The translations under genes and the position numbers were made by a program. Shown here in pieces: positions 1 through 8,346 of a stretch of DNA of 41,833 bases. Position 1 is the stretch's first letter. Each line of letters opens with the position of its first letter. Under the pieces are notes generated by a model. It had not been told where the DNA came from. It worked only from the letters and a program-made list of their open reading frames with translations, and ran no database searches. The stretch lies in IMG/VR virus record IMGVR_UViG_3300045988_100766. One strand, written 5' to 3'. Source of the DNA: a virus.

Positions 1-55
1 GACAGGTGGACGCTCAATGTGGATCAGGACGTAACGCCCGAGTGGTGGGATGAAA
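1..55. repeat. Terminal direct repeat copy 1 (identical to 41779-41833); circular-assembly overlap
   Basis: 55/55 nt identity between window start and end, read directly. Confidence 0.95.
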
Positions 56-285
56 GGGCCGACCGGCAGCGCGTGGAGGAAGCTGTTGAGGCATGGCGCA
101 GGGAGCACGTTTTCGCGGAGGGCGAGCACAGTATCAGCACCGGAATTGTCTATGCTTTGAGCAGCGCCACGGTGACAGCCCACGACAGCGCCACGGTGAC
201 AGCCTACGGCAGCGCCATGGTGGTTTATCCCCGAAAAAACAAGATCGTCTATCCCGCCGGATGGACGGCGGAAACGCACGATTAA
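1..285 (+). CDS. Same hypothetical protein, C-terminal part (154 aa total when circularised); contains SATVTA(H/Y) octad repeats
   Basis: Frame 1 is open from nt 1 and is in phase with 41599 after removing the 55-nt overlap. Stop TAA at 283-285. Confidence 0.7.
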   Translation, partial: DRWTLNVDQDVTPEWWDERADRQRVEEAVEAWRREHVFAEGEHSISTGIVYALSSATVTAHDSATVTAYGSAMVVYPRKNKIVYPAGWTAETHD

Positions 286-390
286 CAATAATCACAACCG
301 GCTGCGGCTCGAAACGCCGCTGGCACACGGAAAGACGGGCGCGAGATGGGAGCGAGACACCCACGGACAGCCGGGAGAGCCCGGCAGCAC

Positions 391-457
391 GGGGCGGCTA
401 AGTAGGGTGTGTGTTCAAGCGCTCGCACCGCAGGTGCAAATCCTGCCCGCCCCACCA
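391..457 (+). ncRNA. Truncated tRNA-like element (perfect acceptor stem, T arm, discriminator A, CCA; only 64 nt before CCA)
   Basis: GGGGCGG (391-397) pairs with CCGCCCC (447-453). T arm is GCAGG-TGCAAAT-CCTGC. The central 32 nt are too short for D and anticodon arms. Confidence 0.4.
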
Positions 458-579
458 CCCGGCATGTTGGGTACTTGCATGCTGGGCAACTCCGCTATAA
501 GCGGGTGCCGCATGGGTTTGTCGCATCCCCCATGGGCGGCGGGCAGCGCTGGTCAGCGGCGTCAATGCCCGCCTAAAAT

Positions 580-654
580 GCCGGGGTAGTTTAACGGCAA
601 AAACATCGGTGTATCAAGCCGATAGCGCGGGTTCGATTCCAGCCCCCGGCTCCA
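580..654 (+). tRNA. Phage-encoded tRNA with encoded CCA; anticodon loop GUAUCAA (formal anticodon AUC, atypical)
   Basis: Hand-folded cloverleaf: 7-bp acceptor GCCGGGG/CCCCGGC, D stem GTTT/AAAC, anticodon stem TCGGT/GCCGA, and T arm GCGGG-TTCGATT-CCAGC with one G-A mismatch. Confidence 0.7.
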
Positions 655-680
655 TCATTTCGTGCGAAAGGATGATTGCA

Positions 681-917
681 ATGACGTATCCCCCCATGAC
701 GCTGGACGAGCTGCGGGCATGGCCCAAGGCAACCGTATCCCCCACGCAGGCAAGCGGGCTGCTGAACTGCGACCCGTACAGCCTCAACGTTTCCGCCAAG
801 GCTGGGCGGCTGGCCATCCGGCACATCTTCAGCGGCCGGAATTTGCGCATCAGCAAGACGGACCTGCTGGCCTTTTGCACCGGCAGCACGGAAGGAGCGT
901 GGCGGGTATGCAAATGA
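681..917 (+). CDS. Excisionase-family/MerR-like helix-turn-helix DNA-binding protein (HTH_17-like)
   Basis: SD AAAGGA 8 nt upstream of the ATG. MTLDELRAWPKATVSPTQASGLL...GRNLRISKTDLLAF resembles the excisionase-type HTH. Confidence 0.55.
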   Translation: MTYPPMTLDELRAWPKATVSPTQASGLLNCDPYSLNVSAKAGRLAIRHIFSGRNLRISKTDLLAFCTGSTEGAWRVCK

Positions 918-1117
918 GCCAGGTGCCCTGCAAGCGCGACTGCCCCAACCGGGCGATTGGCTGCCACGGCAGGTGCGAGGCTTACGGCAGCTTCCGGGCA
1001 GCGCAGGAAGAACGCTACCGCCAGAACGAGATCAACGCCAGCGCGAGCTATGTGTATGTCAACGTGCTGCAGGCCCAGCGCAAGAGGCTGATGGACAAAA
1101 AAAGCAAGGGCCGCTGA
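908..1117 (+). CDS. Cys/His-rich hypothetical protein (CKRDCPNRAIGCHGRC motif)
   Basis: ORF overlaps the upstream stop, consistent with a translationally coupled early gene. Confidence 0.5.
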   Translation: MQMSQVPCKRDCPNRAIGCHGRCEAYGSFRAAQEERYRQNEINASASYVYVNVLQAQRKRLMDKKSKGR

Positions 1118-1160
1118 CGGTTGCCCCCGCCAACAGCCCCCATGAAAGGAAGATTTGCAA

Positions 1161-1667
1161 ATGCAGTATACCACATTTAAGCCAGAAGTGCAAGCCGTAA
1201 ACGGCAAGGAAATGCGCGCGCTGGAATTTCTGGCGGCATTTGACGTGCAGATGAAACTGGACGAAAAGGTGCTGGAGGAGAGGCTGCGCAGCATCCCCAA
1301 CGGCTGGCGGAACTTTCGGATGATTCGCACGCAGCACCATTTGCTCATGGACGCGCTGTACGACACCATGCCCGACACCAAGCGCTGGATGCTGTATCGG
1401 ACGATCACCACCGGCCAGCTCATCATGCGCCCCGTGCCAGCCAGCAAGGCGCACAGCGAGATGATCGTACAGGCCAGGGACGTGCAGACGGTATGCGCCA
1501 AGGCCATTGACGCGGAATGCGCCATGTGCGTAAAGACCGGCGCGGAGATCAGGCACTGCAAGCTGCGCGAGGCCATGCAGCGGATGGCAACCCCCTATGA
1601 GATACCAAAGAGCGGCTGCGAGTATGCGCACTACAGCCATACCTGGGAGGAGATGACGGACGATTGA
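1161..1667 (+). CDS. Hypothetical early protein
   Basis: ATG 1161 with SD GAAAGGAAG upstream; 168-aa ORF with protein-like composition. Confidence 0.6.
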   Translation: MQYTTFKPEVQAVNGKEMRALEFLAAFDVQMKLDEKVLEERLRSIPNGWRNFRMIRTQHHLLMDALYDTMPDTKRWMLYRTITTGQLIMRPVPASKAHSEMIVQARDVQTVCAKAIDAECAMCVKTGAEIRHCKLREAMQRMATPYEIPKSGCEYAHYSHTWEEMTDD

Positions 1668-1900
1668 GCGAGCGTCCAAAGCGCTGCTACTACTGCGGCG
1701 CGGTGCTGGAGGGCGGACACACGCTGTTTTGCCCGGCGTGCTGGGATCACTTTAGGCCGCTGGATAACCTGCCGCGCTGCCGCGTGTGCAGGCGCATCCT
1801 GATCGGCTTTGACGACGACATTTGCCCGCCCTGTGCGGCGGCTGGAAAGGAGGCACAATGTACTGCGTGTACCGCATCAGCGGAGACAAAAAGCTGCTGA
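1664..1900 (+). CDS. Zinc-ribbon protein (four CxxC pairs)
   Basis: TTG start overlapping the upstream TGA (TTGA). CxxC motifs: CYYC, CPAC, CRVC, CPPC. Confidence 0.45.
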   Translation: MSERPKRCYYCGAVLEGGHTLFCPACWDHFRPLDNLPRCRVCRRILIGFDDDICPPCAAAGKEAQCTACTASAETKSC

Positions 1901-2022
1901 TCGCCCGGACAAGGACCATGGAGCGCGCGGCGCTGCTGGCGCAGCGGGTGATGACAGCCCTGCGGCTGTGGCGCAATGACACGGACAGCGTGGTGATCGA
2001 AAGTGAGGATGTAAATGACTGA
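1858..2022 (+). CDS. Hypothetical small protein (54 aa)
   Basis: ATG 1858 with SD GGAAAGGAGG upstream. Confidence 0.5.
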   Translation: MYCVYRISGDKKLLIARTRTMERAALLAQRVMTALRLWRNDTDSVVIESEDVND

Positions 2023-2812
2023 GCAGGAGTACAACAAAGCGCCCGGCATACGCAGATCGCTGCTGTGGGAGATCCGCAGGAGCCCGGCGCACTTGAAATG
2101 GCGCATGGAAAACCCGCCCGAGGCCAGCCCGGCGCTGATCTTCGGCCAGGCGCTGCATGCTGCCGTGCTGACCCCGGAGGACTACGGCAGGCAGTTTGCC
2201 GTGATGCCAGGCGTAGATCGGCGTACCAAGGCCGGGCGCGAGGCGTGGGACGCTGCCGCAGCTGTTGCGCAGGGCAGGACGCAGATCGCCTTTGACTGGG
2301 CGGAGCAGATCGCGGGCATGGTGCAGGCTGTGCGCGGCAACCCGATGTCCGCAAGGCTGCTGGACGGCCCCCACGAGACCAGCTACTTCTGGGCGGATAC
2401 TCTGACGGGCGAAGCCTGCAAGTGCCGCACGGACGCGGAGACCGACATCGGCGATATGCACCTGATTGTGGACGTTAAGACCTGTCAGGACGCGAGCACG
2501 GACGCATTTATGCGGGACGCGCTGCACTATGGCTATGACGTGCAGGCAGCCATGTACACCGATGGATACAAGGCAGTAACCGGACAGGAAGCATCCTTTG
2601 TGTTTATAGCCGTCGAGAAGAACCCGCCCTACGCGGTGAACATCCTGCAAGCGGATACCCTGTTTATGCAGCACGGCCAGGACCGCTACCGCCACCTGCT
2701 GGGGCTGTACCACGAGTGCAGACAGCGCAACCAGTGGCCGGGCTATACCGGCTTTGACGGCGACATTGCATCCCTCGGCCTGCCCGCGTGGCTTGCCAAG
2801 GACTATCAATAA
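2015..2812 (+). CDS. PD-(D/E)XK family exonuclease (RecE/Cas4-like recombination nuclease)
   Basis: IVDVKT (D-x-K) motif, an upstream acidic residue and a YGYDVQAAMY motif. Lies directly upstream of the annealing protein and SSB. Confidence 0.7.
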   Translation: MTEQEYNKAPGIRRSLLWEIRRSPAHLKWRMENPPEASPALIFGQALHAAVLTPEDYGRQFAVMPGVDRRTKAGREAWDAAAAVAQGRTQIAFDWAEQIAGMVQAVRGNPMSARLLDGPHETSYFWADTLTGEACKCRTDAETDIGDMHLIVDVKTCQDASTDAFMRDALHYGYDVQAAMYTDGYKAVTGQEASFVFIAVEKNPPYAVNILQADTLFMQHGQDRYRHLLGLYHECRQRNQWPGYTGFDGDIASLGLPAWLAKDYQ

Positions 2813-2824
2813 CAGGAGGACATT

Positions 2825-3697
2825 ATGAGCGAGATTACCAACTATCAGCAGGCCCCCAACATGCCCGTGCCGCAGAACGTGCCCATGGGCAACATCAATC
2901 AGGGCACAATCGCCATCGAATCCCAGCGCGCCATTGCCGAGGCGCAGGCCAAGCTGCTTGTGGCGCAGCGCTTCCCGCGCGACGAGATCGCGGCCTACAA
3001 CCGCATGTACCGTGCCTGTCAGCGCAAGAGCTTTGCGGAAAAGGCGTTTTTCAACTTCCCCCGCGCCGGCGGATCTGTCAGCGGCCCGACCATTCGCCTG
3101 GCCGAGGAGCTTGCCCGCTGCTGGGGCAATGTGGACTACGGTATCAAAGAGCTGTCGCAGGACAATGGCAAATCCGAGATGCAGGCTTACGCATGGGACT
3201 TGGAGACCAACACCATTTCCAGCCAGAACTTTACAAACCCCCATATGCGCGAGGTGACGGAGAAAGACCCCGTGACCGGGCGCAAGGTCAGCGTAAACAA
3301 AGAGCTGACCAGCATCCGCGATATCTACGAGATCAACGCCAACATGGGCGCGCGCCGCATGCGCTCCCGCATCCTGGCTGTGCTGCCTGCAGACTTTGTG
3401 GAGGCTGCCGTCAGTGAGTGTAAAAAGACGCTGGCCGGACAGAACGACGAGCCGCTGATCGACCGCGTGAAGCGCATGGTGGTGCAGTTTGGCAAGCTGG
3501 GCGTGACCAAAGAGATGCTGGAAAAGCGCCTGGGCTTTGAGGTCAGCCAGATGAACGCGGACGACTTCGCGGAGTACGTCGGCATTTATACCTCCATCAA
3601 GGACAAGGAGACCCGAATTGCCGAATGGTTTGAGCGCAAGGACGAGCCTACAGCACTCAACGAAGCGCTCAAGGCGGAAGGAGCGGAAAAGAAATGA
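2825..3697 (+). CDS. Putative single-strand annealing protein (recombinase; family not resolved by eye)
   Basis: Sits between the exonuclease and SSB; 290 aa; SD AGGAGGA upstream. Confidence 0.55.
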   Translation: MSEITNYQQAPNMPVPQNVPMGNINQGTIAIESQRAIAEAQAKLLVAQRFPRDEIAAYNRMYRACQRKSFAEKAFFNFPRAGGSVSGPTIRLAEELARCWGNVDYGIKELSQDNGKSEMQAYAWDLETNTISSQNFTNPHMREVTEKDPVTGRKVSVNKELTSIRDIYEINANMGARRMRSRILAVLPADFVEAAVSECKKTLAGQNDEPLIDRVKRMVVQFGKLGVTKEMLEKRLGFEVSQMNADDFAEYVGIYTSIKDKETRIAEWFERKDEPTALNEALKAEGAEKK

Positions 3698-4077
3698 TCA
3701 ACAGCGTAGTCATCCAGGGCAGGCTTGCCCGCGACCCGGAGATCAAGACCACCCAGAGCGGCATTGCGGTTGCCAATTTTACGGTGTGCTGGTCGGACAA
3801 ATACAAGGAGACCGAGACCCGGCTGTTTTTGCCCTGCAAGGCGTGGCGCGGCACGGCGGAGTTTGTGGGCAAGTATTTCAAAAAGGGCCAGGAAGTAGCG
3901 GTAGATGGCCGTCTGATCGCCGAAGAATGGGAAAAGGACGGCGAGAAGAAGAGCCGCGTGGTGCTGGATGTGCGCAATGTGCATTTCTGCGGCAAGCGCG
4001 AGGACAGCCAGGGAGCCGCTGCGGAGCCTGCGGAGAGCCAGCCGGTGCAGGTGGAGGATGAAGGTCTCCCCTTCTAA
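3694..4077 (+). CDS. ssb: Single-stranded DNA-binding protein
   Basis: OB-fold N-terminus MINSVVIQGRLARDPE and acidic C-terminal tail EDEGLPF. Confidence 0.9.
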   Translation: MINSVVIQGRLARDPEIKTTQSGIAVANFTVCWSDKYKETETRLFLPCKAWRGTAEFVGKYFKKGQEVAVDGRLIAEEWEKDGEKKSRVVLDVRNVHFCGKREDSQGAAAEPAESQPVQVEDEGLPF

Positions 4078-4099
4078 CCATTAACCGAACAGAAAGAAG

Positions 4100-4588
4100 G
4101 TGAAGCCCATGCTGCCGGGCACGACGATCATCTACGACACCCGCGAGCACCCCAGCGCCATCGCCGGTACGCTGCGCACAATCGAGCGTGCAGGCGTTAT
4201 GACAACGCGCCGCAAGCTGGACGTTGGCGACTGGATGCTGGACGGGCACCCCGAGATCGTGATCGATCGCAAGCGCAATCTCAACGAGCTGTGCACCAAC
4301 CTGTGCAGCCCGGACAAGGGGCGGTTCTATCGCGAGGTGCGCCGCGCCCATGCAGCGGGCATTCACCTGTTCATCCTGTGCGAGCACGGGGCCAAGATCA
4401 CCTGCCTGGACGACGTAAAGACCTGGGTCAACACGCGCGGAAAGGTGACGGGCAGACAGCTCTACGACGCGATGCTGCGCTGCCATATGGCCTACGGGGT
4501 GGAGTTTCTGTTCTGTCCCAAATCCCGGACAGGGCACAAGATCATGGAGATATTGGAGGACAACTGCCATGGCAATGGACATCAATGA
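4100..4588 (+). CDS. ERCC4/Mus81-type nuclease (putative Holliday-junction/branch resolvase)
   Basis: Motifs YDTREH, VGDW and VIDRKRNLNEL (ERK-like). Alternative ATG start at 4109. Confidence 0.6.
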   Translation: MKPMLPGTTIIYDTREHPSAIAGTLRTIERAGVMTTRRKLDVGDWMLDGHPEIVIDRKRNLNELCTNLCSPDKGRFYREVRRAHAAGIHLFILCEHGAKITCLDDVKTWVNTRGKVTGRQLYDAMLRCHMAYGVEFLFCPKSRTGHKIMEILEDNCHGNGHQ

Positions 4589-4799
4589 GCGCAAGGCGCA
4601 GGTCAAGGCCATTTTCCGCGACGCCTACAACTGGTGGCTGGCCAACTGCGACCTGGACATGACGGAGCAGTTTTTTATCAATGCCGCCCGCGAGATGGTG
4701 AAACTGTCGGACGCGGGCGACCCGCTGAAGAACAGCCTCCTGCTGGCCGTATACGGCGAGTATGAGCGCATTGCCAGGGAGCAGCACCCCCATGATTGA
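4569..4799 (+). CDS. Hypothetical protein
   Basis: 76-aa ORF that overlaps both neighbouring genes. Confidence 0.5.
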   Translation: MAMDINERKAQVKAIFRDAYNWWLANCDLDMTEQFFINAAREMVKLSDAGDPLKNSLLLAVYGEYERIAREQHPHD

Positions 4800-5298
4800 T
4801 TACAGGCGCATCCGGGACGAGGTGCCCATGGCGCGGCTGTGCAGCCTGATTGGCATCCCCGTCCGGCACGGCTTTGCGGTGTGCCCGCTGCATCCAGACA
4901 GCAACGCCTCCATGCGCGTGTACCCTGGAGACAAGGGCTTTTACTGCTTCGGCTGCCATCAGGGCGGGGACGTGATCGACTTCCTGGCGCTGGTCACCAA
5001 ACAGAGCCGGGCGGACGCGGCGCGGCAGTTGGCGCAGACGTTTTGTATCCCTGCGAGTAAGGCGGCAGCGAGCCACAGGGAATCGATTTTAAGCAGGCAA
5101 AAGGCGCGCGAAAATCGCTTGCGCATGCGGGACATAGCAAATGCCTTGGCGGAGATGTACCGCGCTCAGAACGCAAATATGAGCCGATACGCGCCAACCA
5201 GAGAGGACGCAGACAAGCCATGGCCGGAGGCGTTCGAGACCGCGTGCAGCCTGCTGCCGGTGATCGACTGCGCGCTGACCATTGCGGACGAGAGGTGA
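4792..5298 (+). CDS. CHC2 zinc-finger protein (DnaG-primase-type zinc finger)
   Basis: CPLHPDSNASMRVYPGDKGFYCFGCHQGGDVIDF matches the CHC2 pattern. ATG 4792 overlaps the upstream stop. Confidence 0.85.
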   Translation: MIDYRRIRDEVPMARLCSLIGIPVRHGFAVCPLHPDSNASMRVYPGDKGFYCFGCHQGGDVIDFLALVTKQSRADAARQLAQTFCIPASKAAASHRESILSRQKARENRLRMRDIANALAEMYRAQNANMSRYAPTREDADKPWPEAFETACSLLPVIDCALTIADER

Positions 5299-7180
5299 GA
5301 GAGATTTGGACTTGAGCAAGCTGGGCACGCCGCAGGACGTACCGCGGTTTCAGCGGGCGGACTTTGACGGCACAGCGCCCTACGATTACATATACAAATT
5401 CGCCGCCAACGCCTTCCAGATGATGCAGGTGTACAACGTGGTGGCCGCACAGGCAAAGGAATTAGGCGTAAAAAACTTTGCGAAGATGTGGGAGAGCTAT
5501 AAGCGCGTACAGCGCGGATCAGGCTACAACCTGGACGTCGAGCAGGCGGCGACCAATTTCCCCGATCAGCCCATGGAGCTGCGCTGCGGGCGCTACACCT
5601 GCGACGCGGGCGGCGTAGCCTGCGAGGACAAGGGCGGCTATCACACGCTGGTGTGCAGCCATCCGCTGATGCCCGTTAAAAGGATGGAAAACATCGACAC
5701 GGGCGAACAGAAGGTGGAGATCGCGTTTTCACGCGGCGGCGTGTGGCGCTACAACGTGGTGGATCGCACGGTGCTGTCCAGCGCCAACAAGATCGTAGAC
5801 CTGAGCCGGTACGGCATGGACATTACCACCGAGAGCGCGCGGGATGTGGTCAAGTATTTGGCCACCATTGACGCATTGAACTACGACAAGATCGGCGAGG
5901 TGCGCTCTGTTGGCCGCTTAGGCTGGGTGGGGCACGAGCTGTTTTCGCCCTACGTGCCCGATCTGCGCTACGACGGCGATGCAGGCTACGCGGCGACCTA
6001 CAAGGCGGTACACCCGCAGGGCACGCTGGAGGGATGGCTGGAGGCCGCGCGCCATGGCCGGGAGAGCAGCATCTACACAAGGGTCATGCTGGCAGCAAGC
6101 TTCGCAAGCGTACTGGTAGAGCCGTGCGACGCGCTGCCCTTTGTGGTGCATGCGTGGGGCGGGAGCGGAAACGCAAAAACAGTCAGCCTGATGATGGCTG
6201 CATCCGTATGGGCTGACCCGACAGCAGGCGCTTACTATAAGACCTTCAACAGCACTGGCGTAGGCCAGGAGATGACGGCGGGATTCCTTAATTCGCTGCC
6301 ACTCTGCCTGGACGAACTGCAGGTGATTAAGGACAAAAAGGACTTTGACCAGACCATCTACACCCTGTGCGAGGGCGTAGGCCGGTCACGCGGCGCCAAG
6401 GCGGGCGGATTGCAGCGCATGCAGACGTGGCGCAATGCCATCATCACCACAGGCGAGATGCCCATCACAAACGCGGACAGCGGCGGCGGCGCGGTCAACC
6501 GCGTGATCAACATGGACTGCCAGGACGAGAAGCTGTTTGCCGATCCCCGCTGGGCGGTATCTGTGATGCGCAGGAACTACGGCCACGCCGGCCGGGCGTT
6601 TGTGGAGCACCTGACGGGCGGCGCGATGGAGCGGGCGAAGGAACTGCAAAAGGAGTACTACGCAAAGCTCACCGAGCAGGACAGCACGGAGAAGCAGGCC
6701 CTGAGCGCGTCCCTGCTATTGGCGGCGGACACCCTTGCGACGGAGCTGCTGTTTCAGGACGATCTTGCGCTGACGGTGGAAGACCTTTCGCCCATGCTCG
6801 TGACCCGCGCGGAGGCCGACGTCAACGCCCGCTGCTACGAGTGGCTGACGGGCTTTATCGCGGTCAACAGCAACCGCTTTGACGAGAGCGCCGACAACAA
6901 GGGCGAGGTGTGGGGCAAGCTGGAAAACGATACGTGCTACTTTGTGGCAACCAAATTTGAGCAGATCATGAGGGAGTACGGCTATTCCAGCAGCAGCTTC
7001 CTGTCCTGGTGCAGCCGGGTTGGCAAGATCAAGAGGCAGGATGGGAGGCACTACAAGAGCGTGATCCGCATCCGCAAGAACAACACGCGCTGTCTGGTGA
7101 TCTGCATGCCGCCTGATGGGTTCGTCGAAGTGGATGATGACGACGATTTCCCCTTTGAGCAAACAAAGGCGACAATATAG
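5282..7180 (+). CDS. SF3-type replicative primase/helicase (DUF927/VirE-like P-loop)
   Basis: Walker A WGGSGNAKT and Walker B LCLDELQ. Start is uncertain (TTG near 5306 is possible). Follows the CHC2 gene. Confidence 0.6.
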   Translation: MRTRGERDLDLSKLGTPQDVPRFQRADFDGTAPYDYIYKFAANAFQMMQVYNVVAAQAKELGVKNFAKMWESYKRVQRGSGYNLDVEQAATNFPDQPMELRCGRYTCDAGGVACEDKGGYHTLVCSHPLMPVKRMENIDTGEQKVEIAFSRGGVWRYNVVDRTVLSSANKIVDLSRYGMDITTESARDVVKYLATIDALNYDKIGEVRSVGRLGWVGHELFSPYVPDLRYDGDAGYAATYKAVHPQGTLEGWLEAARHGRESSIYTRVMLAASFASVLVEPCDALPFVVHAWGGSGNAKTVSLMMAASVWADPTAGAYYKTFNSTGVGQEMTAGFLNSLPLCLDELQVIKDKKDFDQTIYTLCEGVGRSRGAKAGGLQRMQTWRNAIITTGEMPITNADSGGGAVNRVINMDCQDEKLFADPRWAVSVMRRNYGHAGRAFVEHLTGGAMERAKELQKEYYAKLTEQDSTEKQALSASLLLAADTLATELLFQDDLALTVEDLSPMLVTRAEADVNARCYEWLTGFIAVNSNRFDESADNKGEVWGKLENDTCYFVATKFEQIMREYGYSSSSFLSWCSRVGKIKRQDGRHYKSVIRIRKNNTRCLVICMPPDGFVEVDDDDDFPFEQTKATI

Positions 7181-7197
7181 CTCAAAAAGGAAACATC

Positions 7198-7380
7198 GCT
7201 ACCACTGCTACCACCGCTACCAATAAAAACATAAATTTATATAATAATTCTCTCTCTGTTTTTTGTCAAGCAGAAAATGCGCTCTCGCGCACGGAAACAA
7301 AAAACATGCGGTAGCGGCGGTAGCTGCGGTAGCACAAGGCAAAAAGTCAAGTAAAATCAACGGGTTTTAGCGCTACCACT
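7198..7380. repeat. Iteron cluster / candidate replication origin
   Basis: GCTACCA x3 at 9-bp period (7198-7222) and CGGTAGC x3 inverted at 9-bp period (7309-7333), flanking an AT-rich spacer. A fourth direct copy lies at 7372-7380. Confidence 0.55.
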
Positions 7381-7435
7381 TGAAAACAACATGCGGTTAC
7401 AGGTCGTAGCGCCCACGATGAAAGGAAGATACGCA

Positions 7436-7846
7436 ATGAACGACTATCTGAGCGTCCGGGGAACGAGGAATTTTGCCCGCGTCAGCCCGGAGGAGTGTAA
7501 ACAGGCCAGAATATCCAATAAAGGATATCACCAGCGGCCACGCGGGACAGCGTCGCAGATCGGCACGATGATCAGCCGGTATCTGTGCGACGGCCTGAAA
7601 AGCAGGTGCTGGGACTGCGAGTGCCTGGTGCAGTGTGAGTACGGCAAGCGGTACATGGCGCTGCTGCGCCAGCGGGAGGCGGACGCGGGACGGCCCTGGA
7701 TGGGCTACAAGGCGGCCTTAAAGCCGGAGCTGGACGCGTACAGGATCAAGGTTGCAGCGTGGCACAGGCGGCAATCGGCCAAGAGCAAGGGCAACCAGAA
7801 CGCAAAGGGGAAACGGAGGAATGCGTATGCAGAAGATCACGGATAA
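7436..7846 (+). CDS. Hypothetical basic protein
   Basis: ATG 7436 with SD GAAAGGAAG upstream. Confidence 0.5.
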   Translation: MNDYLSVRGTRNFARVSPEECKQARISNKGYHQRPRGTASQIGTMISRYLCDGLKSRCWDCECLVQCEYGKRYMALLRQREADAGRPWMGYKAALKPELDAYRIKVAAWHRRQSAKSKGNQNAKGKRRNAYAEDHG

Positions 7847-8018
7847 GTACGATACGGGCTGGATGGCATGGAAGATGGGCACCTGGTACGGAAAATGGGT
7901 AGAGCGCCCGCGGTGCATCCTCTGCGATGAGGCGATCACGCGCAGGCAGATCCTGTGCCCGGCGTGCAAAAGGGACTACAAGGAGGCCAGGGGCCTGAAT
8001 ATGAGGATTGGAGAGTGA
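7827..8018 (+). CDS. Hypothetical zinc-ribbon protein
   Basis: CILC...CPAC motif; SD ACGGAGGA upstream. Confidence 0.45.
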   Translation: MQKITDKYDTGWMAWKMGTWYGKWVERPRCILCDEAITRRQILCPACKRDYKEARGLNMRIGE

Positions 8019-8022
8019 CAGC

Positions 8023-8346
8023 ATGACGATTAACGAGTATCAAAAGCTGGCGCAGCGGACGAGCCCGGACGACCATAACAAGCTGCTGAACGGCTGCATG
8101 GGGCTGGCCGGGGAAACTGGCGAGGTGTGCGACGTGATGAAAAAGGCGCTGTTTCAGGGGCACGCGCTGGACAGGGAGCACATGATCGAGGAATTGGGCG
8201 ATTGCGCCTGGTATCTGGCTGAGGCCGCGTCCGGTCTGGGCGTATCGCTGGAAGATATCCTGCTGCAAAACATCGCCAAGCTAAAGCGGCGGTATCCGGC
8301 TGGCTTTGATCCGGAGCGGAGCGTGCATAGGGAGGCGGGGGCATGA
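8023..8346 (+). CDS. mazG: MazG-like nucleotide pyrophosphohydrolase
   Basis: INEYQKLAQRT...GLAGETGEV...EELGDCAWYL is the typical all-alpha NTP-PPase signature. Confidence 0.85.
   Translation: MTINEYQKLAQRTSPDDHNKLLNGCMGLAGETGEVCDVMKKALFQGHALDREHMIEELGDCAWYLAEAASGLGVSLEDILLQNIAKLKRRYPAGFDPERSVHREAGA

Noticed and set aside
391-457. tmRNA-like tRNA domain
   Set aside because: The acceptor stem has G3-C70 rather than the G3-U70 alanine identity pair. No tag reading frame or pseudoknots lie between the two halves, and the element is contiguous and only 67 nt long.
614-3244. Long minus-strand ORFs (614-1576, 1059-1679, 1752-2354, 1877-3244) overlapping the early genes
   Set aside because: Their products are Arg/Ala/Pro/Gly-rich and low in complexity, and they have no SD sequences. 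They lie antisense to plus-strand genes with recognisable families (exonuclease, SSAP). These are typical shadow ORFs of GC-rich coding DNA.
7198-7380. Possible CRISPR array or mini-array
   Set aside because: The repeats are 7-9 bp with no spacers of CRISPR size, and they are arranged as opposed iterons. No 25-40-bp repeat/spacer periodicity occurs anywhere in the window. The tape-measure repeats (27167-27766) are coding.
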